Of a stretch of 64,000 bases of DNA, positions 50,920 to 61,089 are shown piece after piece (position 1 is the stretch's first letter; each line of letters opens with the position of its first letter). The notes below the pieces were generated by a model, which was given only the letters and a program-made list of their open reading frames with translations, ran no database searches and was not told the DNA's origin. The DNA is from Bacteroidales bacterium UBA3754 (lineage in GTDB: Bacteria > Bacteroidota > Bacteroidia > Bacteroidales > UBA1715): positions 9,755 through 73,754 of the forward strand of contig DFGI01000096.1 in assembly GCA_002371705.1 (NCBI GenBank). Direction: 5' to 3'. The translations under genes and the position numbers were made by a program.

Positions 50920-51623
50920 TTTGCCTTTATCAATTCTTCCATTGGTATGTCGGTAAGTTTTGTGATTTGTTTGAAAACATAAAACATAACGAACACCAAT
51001 ATCAAGGTACAGGGGACAGCAATCACAGGAAAGCTCAAGCCCGTCAGTCTTCCTATTTCTGCCGTATAGGCTTCCGTTCCCGGCTGGCTTTGAAGTAAAA
51101 TGCGTGCCAGGGTAAAATTCAGTACAGACGACAGCAAAAACGAGCCAACAACCCAATACGAAGCCTTACGGAACATGGTGTCGAATTCCTGTTTTTTATT
51201 TCGCTCGGCTAAAACCGTATTCACACGTTCCATATCAACAACATCTTCATTGAACAACAGAGTAGATACAACGTTTCGGTTGAGTTTTATCGAAATGAAA
51301 ATAAATATTGCTATCACAAGAGGAACAGACGCTTCTTTTATCGCCAACAAAAGAGGATTTAGTTCCAACAGGCCAAACGTGCCAGTCAGCAACACGCTCA
51401 CAAATCCCAAAACGGAAATAAAATTAACTTTTTTAGAGCGGAAAAAATCAGCAATACCATAGCCTAACGGAAAAAGCAAAGCAATTGCCAAGCTATATTT
51501 TGGACCTAACGCAAAAGTACCTTCGGTTCCATTCATTTTTGTCATTATGATTACAGGAATCACAATGTTACACAATAAGTTAAGTAAAATATTTTCCTTT
51601 TTTTTTCCGCTTGTTTGTTCCAT
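50916..51623 (-). CDS. integral membrane protein (about 6 TM), family uncertain
   Basis: The listed ORF start (51653) lies inside the terminator hairpin of the upstream operon. The ATG at 51623 gives MEQTSGKKKENILLNLLCNIVIPVIIM. The ATG at 51635 is an alternative start. Confidence 0.55.
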   Translation of the reverse strand: MEQTSGKKKENILLNLLCNIVIPVIIMTKMNGTEGTFALGPKYSLAIALLFPLGYGIADFFRSKKVNFISVLGFVSVLLTGTFGLLELNPLLLAIKEASVPLVIAIFIFISIKLNRNVVSTLLFNEDVVDMERVNTVLAERNKKQEFDTMFRKASYWVVGSFLLSSVLNFTLARILLQSQPGTEAYTAEIGRLTGLSFPVIAVPCTLILVFVMFYVFKQITKLTDIPMEELIKAN

Positions 51624-51634
51624 AACTATAGGCA

Positions 51635-51666
51635 TAAAAAAAGCACCTTCCATTTCTGGAAGGTGC
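51635..51666 (-). terminator. intrinsic terminator ending the SusC/SusD operon
   Basis: The minus strand reads GCACCTTCCA-GAAA-TGGAAGGTGC followed by T7. Confidence 0.7.
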
Positions 51667-51683
51667 CAAGTTAGAATCTTCGA

Positions 51684-52667
51684 CTATTCTGCTTCAATAG
51701 CTTTAAATGTATAGTCTTTAGTATATTGGGTGCCCTCAACTAATTGAGTCTTATCGTTTGGATATGCAATATAACCTTTTGAATCAACTCCCTCATCACC
51801 AATAGCTTTGTCAGCATAGCTGTTTAAGTAGCCTTCCTTAACAGCACTTTGCGAAGCCAAAGTCAATACAGGTGATTTAGTCAAATCAACTGTCCACGCA
51901 TATTGTTTATTTCTAACGTTATACGTGAAAGTTCCTTGATCAGAGAACGGAATACACTTGTTGACTTTCAATGTTATTTCACATTTTGACACATCCAAGC
52001 CTTTGTTATATGTAACAATAATACCTGGAGTTTCATAGTCAACTTCGTAATCGCCACCCGTTTTATTGGTTGTGGAAATTTTTTTAGATCCAATTTTGAA
52101 TTGAATTGCGTAGTTTTTTCCACCACCTTCATTATATGGGTCATTCATATCCCACAAATCTGTTTGAGTGTCAACCACTTCAATTGAGTATGGACCAGCC
52201 TTAATTTCCTTATATTCACCCGATTCGTAATCATAGTTACGAGCGGTACAATACATTTGGAAAGGCGAAGACGATGGAGATATCGAGTTGAAATTATATG
52301 TTTTCATAAAACGACCTTTACCATCGCGAGTTGACAACGCAACACCAGTTGCTTTTTTTGCAACATTGTTTACTGTGTCTTTTTTCAAATCGTCAGATAG
52401 CTCTCTGTCTTCATACGCGTGTCCTGGTTCTCCAGTCCAAACCACATAGGAATTTGCAGATGCATCATTTGCAACAAAGCATATCTGGTCGCTTAATTCA
52501 ATTGTCTTAGGATTCTTGCTTGCCTTCGACAAGTCAATCATATTTGCAGAATAATCAGAATAGTAGTACCAAGAGAAATCTGCCGATTCTGGTTCTTTTA
52601 CGTGTTTACACGATGTAATACCTGCAATTACGAATGCTGCTATTACTGCTATACTATATTTTCTCAT
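51684..52667 (-). CDS. PUL-associated surface lipoprotein (SusE/F positional analogue), unknown family
   Basis: 327 aa with lipobox ITSCKH, immediately downstream of susD. Confidence 0.55.
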   Translation of the reverse strand: MRKYSIAVIAAFVIAGITSCKHVKEPESADFSWYYYSDYSANMIDLSKASKNPKTIELSDQICFVANDASANSYVVWTGEPGHAYEDRELSDDLKKDTVNNVAKKATGVALSTRDGKGRFMKTYNFNSISPSSSPFQMYCTARNYDYESGEYKEIKAGPYSIEVVDTQTDLWDMNDPYNEGGGKNYAIQFKIGSKKISTTNKTGGDYEVDYETPGIIVTYNKGLDVSKCEITLKVNKCIPFSDQGTFTYNVRNKQYAWTVDLTKSPVLTLASQSAVKEGYLNSYADKAIGDEGVDSKGYIAYPNDKTQLVEGTQYTKDYTFKAIEAE

Positions 52668-52687
52668 ATCAATTTCCTCCTATTTTA

Positions 52688-54412
52688 TTAATAACCAGGA
52701 TTTTGTTTCAAATTACCACCCGAATGAAGAATGATTTCAGCCTGTGGAATTGGCCAACGGCCCTTTGTAGCTGGGTTATATTGGAATGTATTCCCAGCGA
52801 TATCCTCAGTTCTGAATTTGTCAGTTAAATCCCAACGAACCAAGTCCCAGAAACGTTCTGCTTCACCATACATTTCAACACGACGTTCATTTTGAACTTT
52901 AGCCAAATCAATTGAAGTCAAGTCGGCTGGAGTAGCAGCTTCAGCATACGTATAGCAGGCAGAAGTTGTTCCCGATTTTGTGTAATCAATTGTTCTCGCA
53001 CTCTTACGAGCTCTTTCACGCAACTTGTTTACCAATTGAAGAGCAACATCATCATGTCCTGATTGAACACCTGCTTCAGCAGCAATCAACAGTACATCAG
53101 CCCAACGAAGAATGATGTTATTCTTTCCTGAACATTGAGAGTTGTTTCCGCTATTGCAGAGCAATGTACTCAATTGACTCTTCTTCATGTTGTAGTAACC
53201 AGTTGACCAGTCAACTTTTCCAATAGCATACCAGCCTTCACCATTACCAAAGTTAGTTGGCTTAATCCAAGCTGCGGTATCCAAATTCAAACGAGTGATT
53301 GTGCTGTTGATAGTTCCATTACCGTGAGGAGATGCGACAATCATAGTTGCGCGGGCATCACCATCTTCAAACGCATTCAAAAGATCTTGAGTTGGCATTG
53401 CAAAACCATACCCTAAACCATCTTGCAATTGTTGTTCTTTCTTGTCAGCATTCCAATAGTAACGAGGAGCGACATACAAAGGAAGAATTGAGCCATCACC
53501 TTGACGACCGTATTGAGAACCAGCTATATGCTGAACAGACAGAATCACTTCTTTGCTTTGTTCAAAAGATTCTCCGTAGATATCGAACACATCTTGATAG
53601 TGTGATTGCAATGCATAACGAGAGCCATCAGCTTCTTTATACAAATCATAGGCTGTGTTGAATGCCTTTTCAAAATCACCAGATGTACTACAGAAGTTTG
53701 CTCTGTACAAATACGCTTTTGCCAAGAATGCACGAGCAGCACCGTTTGTTACTTTACCAGGAGCAGAAGCGACCATTGGAAGATCATCTTTAATTGCCTC
53801 CAACTCTTTAATAATAAAATCGTACTGTGCACGAACTTGTTTATTACCTTCTTCATCATCACCATCCTGGCGGTTTCCTAAATCAGCAGCATCAGCCACA
53901 GAAACAGATTTTTCACTGAGAATAACTGGACCAAAAACCTTAGTTAATTGAAAATAATACCAAGCGCGAAGGAAACGAACTTCAGCACGCATTCTTTTGT
54001 GTGCGGCAGAAGACTTACCCTCGGTGGAATTAAGCATTGCGTTTGCACGTGCAATTGCAATATAACCAGCATCCCAAACACCAGTCATTACAGTACTACG
54101 GTCTGTAGCTTCAAACACAGCCAATTGACCACTTTTATCCCAGTCATCACCAGTTTTATATGTAGCTAATGCATTTGCGCCACCACGCTCAAAATCGTCA
54201 CTACAAATATCACCAATTTTCCATAAGAATTCATCATGCATTTCGAACCAACCAAGCGGGTCGTAGATTGCATTTACCGCCAACTGACATTGGTCGGGGT
54301 CATTATAATAGGTTGCGCTACTGGAAACTCCTAGAGGATCCTTCGTTATAAAATCTTCGGTACAAGAATATAACCCTAACGCAGCGATTAATACTATTGC
54401 TATTCTTTTCAT
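52688..54412 (-). CDS. susD: RagB/SusD family nutrient uptake outer membrane lipoprotein
   Basis: 574 aa with lipobox GLYSCTE. TPR-like helical segments are present (RFLRAWYYFQL, FLAKAYLYRA). It follows susC directly. Confidence 0.85.
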   Translation of the reverse strand: MKRIAIVLIAALGLYSCTEDFITKDPLGVSSSATYYNDPDQCQLAVNAIYDPLGWFEMHDEFLWKIGDICSDDFERGGANALATYKTGDDWDKSGQLAVFEATDRSTVMTGVWDAGYIAIARANAMLNSTEGKSSAAHKRMRAEVRFLRAWYYFQLTKVFGPVILSEKSVSVADAADLGNRQDGDDEEGNKQVRAQYDFIIKELEAIKDDLPMVASAPGKVTNGAARAFLAKAYLYRANFCSTSGDFEKAFNTAYDLYKEADGSRYALQSHYQDVFDIYGESFEQSKEVILSVQHIAGSQYGRQGDGSILPLYVAPRYYWNADKKEQQLQDGLGYGFAMPTQDLLNAFEDGDARATMIVASPHGNGTINSTITRLNLDTAAWIKPTNFGNGEGWYAIGKVDWSTGYYNMKKSQLSTLLCNSGNNSQCSGKNNIILRWADVLLIAAEAGVQSGHDDVALQLVNKLRERARKSARTIDYTKSGTTSACYTYAEAATPADLTSIDLAKVQNERRVEMYGEAERFWDLVRWDLTDKFRTEDIAGNTFQYNPATKGRWPIPQAEIILHSGGNLKQNPGY

Positions 54413-54429
54413 ATTATTATGCTATTTTA

Positions 54430-57400
54430 TTAGAAACCTAAATTAACACCAAACACAACAGATCTTGCTTGTGGATATGAACCACGGTCAACACCTAACT
54501 CAGGTCCTTCCCAATTCATAGCTTGGTTGATACCAATTTCTGGGTCGAAACCTTGGTATTTCGTGAATGTCAACAAGTTTTGACCTTGCACATATACACG
54601 CAATGTTCTCAATTTGATTTTTTCTACGATGTTTTCTGGCACTGTATATCCCAAAGTAACATTTTTCAAACGGAAATATGAGCCATTTTCCACGTATGCG
54701 GAGTTTGGATAATATGTTCCAGTGAACCATTCACCTTTAGTTGGTTCTGTTGAACTTGTATTGTCTCTTGACCACACATCCAAACGACGGGTAGAAAGGT
54801 TAGAACCAAGAGAACCAGCTCCACCATCCAAATAATATTTAGTGTTGTTGAAAATCTCGTTTCCTGCTACACCTTGGAATGACATGCTGAAGTCGAATCC
54901 ATAGAATGATGCATCAAAGTTGAAACCATACGTAAAGTCAGGGTTTGGATTACCAATACAAGTGATATCATTTGTCGTGATTTTACCATCACCATCTACA
55001 TCAACAAGTTTGTAATCACCCAATTTTGCGTTGCTTTGTGAAGAATTGTTGATTTCTTCATAGCTTGAGAAAACGCCATCAACTTTGTAGCCCCAGAAAG
55101 AAGCGATTGGATAACCTTCCAATGTTCTACAAGCATAAACGTCAGAAGAACGACCGATGTTACCACCATACAATGTTGTTCCTCCAAGTTCAGTAACTTC
55201 ATTATATGTATGAGAGAAGTTACCACCTACGCTATACGTCAACTTATGTTTGTTGCCTTCTGCCCCAAAATCTTTGTTATTTCGGTAAACCAAACCAACT
55301 TCATAACCTCTATTCAATATCTTACCAGCGTTCACTGTTGGATTTTTCTTATCGCAACCTACGACAGCTGGAACTTGCAATTTCACCAAGTTGTCAACGT
55401 TGTTTTTGATAAAGTAGTCGAAGTTGAACATCAATTTATTGTCCCAGAAACTAATGTCTGTACCAAAATCCCAGCTGGTAGCCTCTTCCCAGTGCAATTC
55501 GTCATTTGCTACACCATCAACAACAACACCATTAACTGTTTTGCCACCGAAGTTGTAACCAGATTCCTGGTCAGCAACCATACTTGCCACAAACAAGTAG
55601 TTACCGATATTTTCGTTACCGATTTTACCCCAACCTACACGGAATTTACATAAGTTAATATTCTTCTTCAAGAATTCGTTGTTATAGAAGAATGGTTCCT
55701 TGTTGATTTTCCATGCCAAACCAAGAGATGGGAAATATCCGTATTTATATTGCGAACCGAAACGAGAAGAACCATCTCGACGAACAGTAAAGTTCATCAA
55801 ATATTTATCGCGGAACGAATATTCCATACGACCGATATATGAAAGCATTGAGTGTTCATTAGGAGCTTGCCATGTTTCTGACCAAACGCCCTTGTCAGCA
55901 CTTTCACCTGAAATCACATAGTGTTGAAAATCTTCTTTACCAACATTTTCCACACGTGTCATATAAGTATCTTGGAAGTCATACAAAACTTCATGACCCA
56001 ACAAGAAACGGAATGAGTGGTTAACCAACGAAGAATCTGCATTGTACAATTTAAACGCATACGTCAATGTATTTGACAAGCTCCAGTTGTAACCGCCTTG
56101 CACAGTATTTTCGATATATGAAACACCATTATTCTGAGTTGTTGACACGAAATAAACTGGTTGGTAAACTTTTTCTTCGTTACCCCATTTTCCATAGTTG
56201 AATTGAGATTTGAATTCCAAACCATCCAACAAGAAATCCAATTTATAGTTCATCCAAGCACCAGCGCCAACACCGTAACCTGTTTTAGTATCATTTTTAT
56301 ACTTCAATTCAACCTCAGGGTTACCAAAGCTCTGTCCTGAATATGCCGATGCAGGGCTCAAACCTCCTTTTACCGTTGGGTCGAAAATCAACGCAAGACC
56401 AAGTGGAGACTGCTCGATACCAGCTTCATTCACCTTTCTTTGTGAATTTTGGCTGTAACCAATGTTTGCGCCAATGTCCAAACGTTTATTTACTTTATAC
56501 ATTGCTTTTGTTCCGAAATCATAACGGGTATAGTTTGTTGTTCTTACAATACCGTCCTGATCTTGGTAACCTGCGCTTATTGACCAAGAACTTCTTGCAG
56601 AACCACCATCAGCTGACAATCTATATTTTTGAATTGTAGCTACGCGGAACACTGTATCTTGCCAGAAAGCATTTCCATTGTCATAACCAGTTGGATATGT
56701 TCCCATTTTTTCAACGAATTGGTCCCCAGTAAGCACATCCATTTTCTTCCATGCTTGTTGCACACCTTTATATCCGTCAAAATTGATATTAACATATTCA
56801 TAATCTTCAACTTGGTTACCACCTTTTGTTGTGATGAGCACAACACCGTTAGCACCACGGGCGCCATAAATAGCACACGAAGAAGCGTCTTTCAAAATTG
56901 TCAACGATTCAATGTTTCCTGGGTCTCCACGATATTCATATCCTTGAGGAACGCCATCCACAACGTACAATGGGCGTGCATCACCCGTAGTACCACGACC
57001 ACGGATAACGATATCCATTGCAGCACCTGGAGTACCCGAGTTAGAAGTCACACTCACACCTGGAGCCTTACCTTGTAACGCTTGGTCAACCGCAAGTACT
57101 GGCGCTTTTGTAAGTTCCTCACCTGCAAGCACCGCTGGAGAACCAGTTGCGTCTTCCAATTTCACAGCCGCATAACCAATTTTCACAACAGTTTCCATTT
57201 GAACGGCATCAGGTTTCAACGAAACATTAAATGTTCTTTGACTACCAACTTTCTTTACTTGTGTCGCATAACCAACATAAGAAAATTCAAGTTGCGAATC
57301 AGCACTTTTCACCGATAGCGTCCACGTTCCGTCCAATTCTGTGAATGTCCCATTAGTAGTTCCAAGCTCAGCAACCGATGCCGCAATAAGCGGTGCGCCC

Positions 57401-57513
57401 TTGGTATCGGTCAACTTACCTGAAACTGTGATTTGTGCACTAACAGTTCCAACAGAAAAAAACGCAATCAAAAAAAAGACAATGCTCTTTTTTTGTTTGA
57501 AGATTTTTCTCAT
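54430..57513 (-). CDS. susC: SusC/RagA family TonB-linked outer membrane protein
   Basis: 1027 aa. An N-terminal carboxypeptidase-regulatory-like domain reads ITVSGKLTDTKGAPL. The plug has IESLTILKDASSCAIYGARGANGVVLITTKGG. The terminus is ...VFGVNLGF. Confidence 0.9.
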   Translation of the reverse strand: MRKIFKQKKSIVFFLIAFFSVGTVSAQITVSGKLTDTKGAPLIAASVAELGTTNGTFTELDGTWTLSVKSADSQLEFSYVGYATQVKKVGSQRTFNVSLKPDAVQMETVVKIGYAAVKLEDATGSPAVLAGEELTKAPVLAVDQALQGKAPGVSVTSNSGTPGAAMDIVIRGRGTTGDARPLYVVDGVPQGYEYRGDPGNIESLTILKDASSCAIYGARGANGVVLITTKGGNQVEDYEYVNINFDGYKGVQQAWKKMDVLTGDQFVEKMGTYPTGYDNGNAFWQDTVFRVATIQKYRLSADGGSARSSWSISAGYQDQDGIVRTTNYTRYDFGTKAMYKVNKRLDIGANIGYSQNSQRKVNEAGIEQSPLGLALIFDPTVKGGLSPASAYSGQSFGNPEVELKYKNDTKTGYGVGAGAWMNYKLDFLLDGLEFKSQFNYGKWGNEEKVYQPVYFVSTTQNNGVSYIENTVQGGYNWSLSNTLTYAFKLYNADSSLVNHSFRFLLGHEVLYDFQDTYMTRVENVGKEDFQHYVISGESADKGVWSETWQAPNEHSMLSYIGRMEYSFRDKYLMNFTVRRDGSSRFGSQYKYGYFPSLGLAWKINKEPFFYNNEFLKKNINLCKFRVGWGKIGNENIGNYLFVASMVADQESGYNFGGKTVNGVVVDGVANDELHWEEATSWDFGTDISFWDNKLMFNFDYFIKNNVDNLVKLQVPAVVGCDKKNPTVNAGKILNRGYEVGLVYRNNKDFGAEGNKHKLTYSVGGNFSHTYNEVTELGGTTLYGGNIGRSSDVYACRTLEGYPIASFWGYKVDGVFSSYEEINNSSQSNAKLGDYKLVDVDGDGKITTNDITCIGNPNPDFTYGFNFDASFYGFDFSMSFQGVAGNEIFNNTKYYLDGGAGSLGSNLSTRRLDVWSRDNTSSTEPTKGEWFTGTYYPNSAYVENGSYFRLKNVTLGYTVPENIVEKIKLRTLRVYVQGQNLLTFTKYQGFDPEIGINQAMNWEGPELGVDRGSYPQARSVVFGVNLGF

Positions 57514-57586
57514 ACATTTATTTTTTTAGTTTAACAATTATTTATTCTATCTTTAGAGTGATTTTATACCATCTACAAAAGACGGA

Positions 57587-57594
57587 CAAATTTA
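57587..57594 (-). promoter_or_regulatory. -7 promoter box TAAATTTG upstream of susC
   Basis: The minus strand reads TAAATTTG, ~74 nt upstream of the ATG at 57513. Confidence 0.35.
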
Positions 57595-57637
57595 TGAAAA
57601 GATTCTCATTCCCAAAAAGAAAAACAGGAAATTTATA

Positions 57638-60600
57638 CTATCTATCCAAACATTTTAGCAACAATTCTTGTAAATCGCTGGTTTTATACGGTTTAGCAAT
57701 GTAATAATCACATCCTGCGTCGAAACATTGGAGTTTGGCATCGTAACTGCCATATAATGTTTGCGCAATAATCGGAACAGCTTTGTTTTGCTTTCTAATG
57801 GCCAGAGCAGCCTCAAAGCCATTCATTTTAGGCAGCTGCACATCAAGCAACACTGCATTTATTTTTTCTTTATTTTGAGTGTATTTTTGAACGACATCTT
57901 CCCCATCAACGGCACGAATCATCTCAATTTTAGTCGGGAGCAGGCTTTCCTGAATAAACGAAAAACTCGCATCATCGAAATCGCCAACCAGCACTGTTTT
58001 ATTCGACCAATCATACTCCACAACAATTGGTTCGTCAACAAATTCTTTTTCTGCGATTTTGCTGTTTTCGGCAACCTTTTCAATCAAATTCTTTGGTGTA
58101 CGTTCTTCGGCAAGCAACACCATAAGAATTTCTATCGCGATAACAGTACCTTTTAAATTCGTTTCGTAACGTGAAAATTGGCGAACCGTGCGCATCAATC
58201 CATCTTTCGCAATAATTTTGAAATCAGCAAATTCCGGCATTTTACCTTCCAGCATCATACTGCGATATTTTTTTATATCCTTGCGCAGTTCCGTCGGGAG
58301 TAAATCTTTTAATGTAATTTGACCTTCCTCAAACTCAACATCCTCATAGCCAGTCAATTGTAACACTGACGGACTAACATATTCCACTTTTTCAGACGGC
58401 AATTGAATCTTGAAGACCACATCACGAACATTGTTTTCATACAAATCGACTTTGCGTTTCAACAACAGTTTGTCTTTATTCAGTGTAACGGTTCGTTGTT
58501 TCAATTCGTGGATTAAATCGTCGTTTTTTTGGATTTTCGCCAACAAAATCGAAAGACGTTTTTCCAACCCTGCCCGTTGTTGCTCTGCTTCGGAACGTTG
58601 GCGCGTAGCCGCATCGCGTTGCAATTTCATTTGAACATTTTGTAACTCAATCTGTTCCGTTTTTCGTTTAATGTCCTGCATACGCAAAGCGACCTGTTTT
58701 CGTAAAATATTTCGCATTCTGACAATACGGCGCATTCTACGAATAAAAATATAACAAATCACAGCTATCACCAGCAAAATAAGAACTACATAAAACCAAG
58801 TGTGTTCCCACAAAGCCTTTCTAATATGTATATGCAATTCTATCTCCGAATCGGATTTGTTGGTGAGATGTTTTACACAAAAGACATAATCGCCACCCTG
58901 TAAATTGGTGTATGTCACCTCATTATCATTATGAAGCAAAAACCAATTATCGTTCAAGCCAACCATTCGATACAAATAATCTACAGGATAAGAAGCATCA
59001 AAATAAAAATCAGAGAATTTAAATGACAAATCTTTCACCTTATATGGTAAATTCAGATAATATTTTCCATCTTCATACGAAATATCGTACTCATATTTCG
59101 GGGAAAAGATTGATTCCCCGTGCACCATGATGTCTGTCAATCGTAGCAGATGTGATGTATCGTCCGAGACATAAACTGGCACCGAAATTGACTTCAAACC
59201 ATTGTCGGTTCCTAACAAAAGCGACTGCTGATACACGAAAAACGAATTTCGACGGATTTCACCTTTATTGATAGACGAAAGCAGCTGAAAATTATTTTTC
59301 CGAGAATCAAACAGATACAAATATTTCGATGTAATCAGTAACATTGAACTATCGGATTGCGGAACGATGCCACACACGGCGGAATTATTGGCTGTTTGCA
59401 CATTTTGCAACGCAATAATCGTATCACGAATCTCATCGTAGTGACTCAATCCTTGCAATGAGCCAAACCAAACCACACCGTCTTCAGCCTGCGAAATGCT
59501 TGTCACCACAGAGCTTCGCATACCAGGGAATTCATCAAAGCGATAAATTTTAGTGGTTCCATTCGGCAAGACTTTAGAAATGCCATAATACGAGCCTATC
59601 CAAATATTTTTTTCGGTATCTTCAAAGAAACAAGTTGTTCCATTGCACGAAATAGTTAAAAAGCCATCGCCCTCGTAGCCTGTATAATGACGGACAAATT
59701 CCGCCCGTTCTTTATTGAACACAAACACACCATTCTCGTAAGTACCGATCCACAAATTTCCTTGGCTATCAACAAAAAGTGACGAAATATCTTTTGACGG
59801 GACGTGTGCTAATTGTTTCTGAAAAGCTAACGCTCCTGTTTTTTGTGACAATGCAAACACTCCATTTGTGTATGTTCCAATCCAAATATATTCGTCATCT
59901 GAGCATAAGGCTGTCACCACATTATCGAATGTATTTCCTTGTATGCCAGTTTCGTATGTGTAGTTTTTCACTCGTTTTGCTTGTTCGTCATACACAAATA
60001 AACCTCCCCCATCGGTACCAGCGTAGGTTTTTCCTGCTTTTTGAATTATAGAAAGAACTTTTTGCGTTTTTATTTGATCTGCGAAAGCTCCATTTTCCTC
60101 TAAATCAAACGTTTGCGACAACCGCACCGTCACACCACCAAACGAATGTCCAATCCATACATTCCCAAAACTGTCTTTATATACCGTGTTGCAATTTTTG
60201 TTAATCAAGTGCGGCATTTCAACAGGTTTTGGGGTTGCATTCAGCTGCAACTCGAAGATTCCCAACGAGCGCATCCCAAGCCACAGCACCGAATCTGAAA
60301 TCTGTTCCACATCGTTTACAAATGTATCTTCAAGATTTCTTAACCGATACGATGATACCAATACATTATTATTATATATTTCAATCAAACCATCGGCATA
60401 ACACACACACAAGCGATTTGCATCGAGATATTTCACAACCGTGACTGCCGCCGATTTCCGAGCAATAAAATTTGTGGAACCATCGTGCGACAGAAAATAG
60501 ACCTGTCCCTCTTTATTTCCAACCGCAATTCGGTCACTATCAATCAAATCAATTGACGAAACAAAACTATTTGATTCCACATTGTCGGCTGAAACAATCC

Positions 60601-61087
60601 GTAACGTATCATTTCCTCTTTCGGCAAAATACACATATTTATCGTCGGTTTGCACATAGCAGCCATCTAAAACAGGAAACACGCGGAGCGCAGGTTTCAT
60701 ATTCACTTTGCCTAACACATCATAAAAATGATAATGCTCAAATTCACCAGAAACCGGATTGTAGCAATCCAGTCCTGACATTGTCCCAATCCAAATATGT
60801 AGGCCATCGAACGTATTTACCGAGTTCACAAAATTGTGTGATATGCTGTGGACATCGTTCGGACGAGTTTGGAAAACCTTATAATAAAACCCATCGTAAC
60901 GAACCAAACCATTCTCGGTCGCAATCCACACAAATCCCTCTCTATCCTGCACAATTTGATGAATGTTTCCGTTTATCAATCCATTGTCAACAGTAATTTG
61001 CACAACTTTCGACATAGGCTTCGCCTCTACACGGGAAAACATCCCAAGTAGCACCAACACAAGCCATATTTTCGTCACTAAACGCAC
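57638..61087 (-). CDS. HTCS-like sensor: periplasmic two-component-regulator propeller + Y_Y_Y domain, TM helix, coiled coil, PAS-like domain, C-terminal receiver domain; no HisKA/HATPase and no HTH recognised
   Basis: 1149 aa. Repeated W[IV]GT..G[LV] propeller blades are present. The TM helix is WFYVVLILLVIAVICYIFI. The receiver has LLDVQLPKMNG...AQT...AKP (acceptor Asp, Thr, Lys). Confidence 0.7.
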   Translation of the reverse strand: MRLVTKIWLVLVLLGMFSRVEAKPMSKVVQITVDNGLINGNIHQIVQDREGFVWIATENGLVRYDGFYYKVFQTRPNDVHSISHNFVNSVNTFDGLHIWIGTMSGLDCYNPVSGEFEHYHFYDVLGKVNMKPALRVFPVLDGCYVQTDDKYVYFAERGNDTLRIVSADNVESNSFVSSIDLIDSDRIAVGNKEGQVYFLSHDGSTNFIARKSAAVTVVKYLDANRLCVCYADGLIEIYNNNVLVSSYRLRNLEDTFVNDVEQISDSVLWLGMRSLGIFELQLNATPKPVEMPHLINKNCNTVYKDSFGNVWIGHSFGGVTVRLSQTFDLEENGAFADQIKTQKVLSIIQKAGKTYAGTDGGGLFVYDEQAKRVKNYTYETGIQGNTFDNVVTALCSDDEYIWIGTYTNGVFALSQKTGALAFQKQLAHVPSKDISSLFVDSQGNLWIGTYENGVFVFNKERAEFVRHYTGYEGDGFLTISCNGTTCFFEDTEKNIWIGSYYGISKVLPNGTTKIYRFDEFPGMRSSVVTSISQAEDGVVWFGSLQGLSHYDEIRDTIIALQNVQTANNSAVCGIVPQSDSSMLLITSKYLYLFDSRKNNFQLLSSINKGEIRRNSFFVYQQSLLLGTDNGLKSISVPVYVSDDTSHLLRLTDIMVHGESIFSPKYEYDISYEDGKYYLNLPYKVKDLSFKFSDFYFDASYPVDYLYRMVGLNDNWFLLHNDNEVTYTNLQGGDYVFCVKHLTNKSDSEIELHIHIRKALWEHTWFYVVLILLVIAVICYIFIRRMRRIVRMRNILRKQVALRMQDIKRKTEQIELQNVQMKLQRDAATRQRSEAEQQRAGLEKRLSILLAKIQKNDDLIHELKQRTVTLNKDKLLLKRKVDLYENNVRDVVFKIQLPSEKVEYVSPSVLQLTGYEDVEFEEGQITLKDLLPTELRKDIKKYRSMMLEGKMPEFADFKIIAKDGLMRTVRQFSRYETNLKGTVIAIEILMVLLAEERTPKNLIEKVAENSKIAEKEFVDEPIVVEYDWSNKTVLVGDFDDASFSFIQESLLPTKIEMIRAVDGEDVVQKYTQNKEKINAVLLDVQLPKMNGFEAALAIRKQNKAVPIIAQTLYGSYDAKLQCFDAGCDYYIAKPYKTSDLQELLLKCLDR

Positions 61088-61089
61088 AA

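Noticed and set aside
51624-51653. The longest-ORF start (51653) for the membrane protein gene
   Set aside because: That ATG lies inside the 10-bp-stem terminator hairpin of the upstream operon, so I preferred the downstream ATG at 51623 (or 51635).
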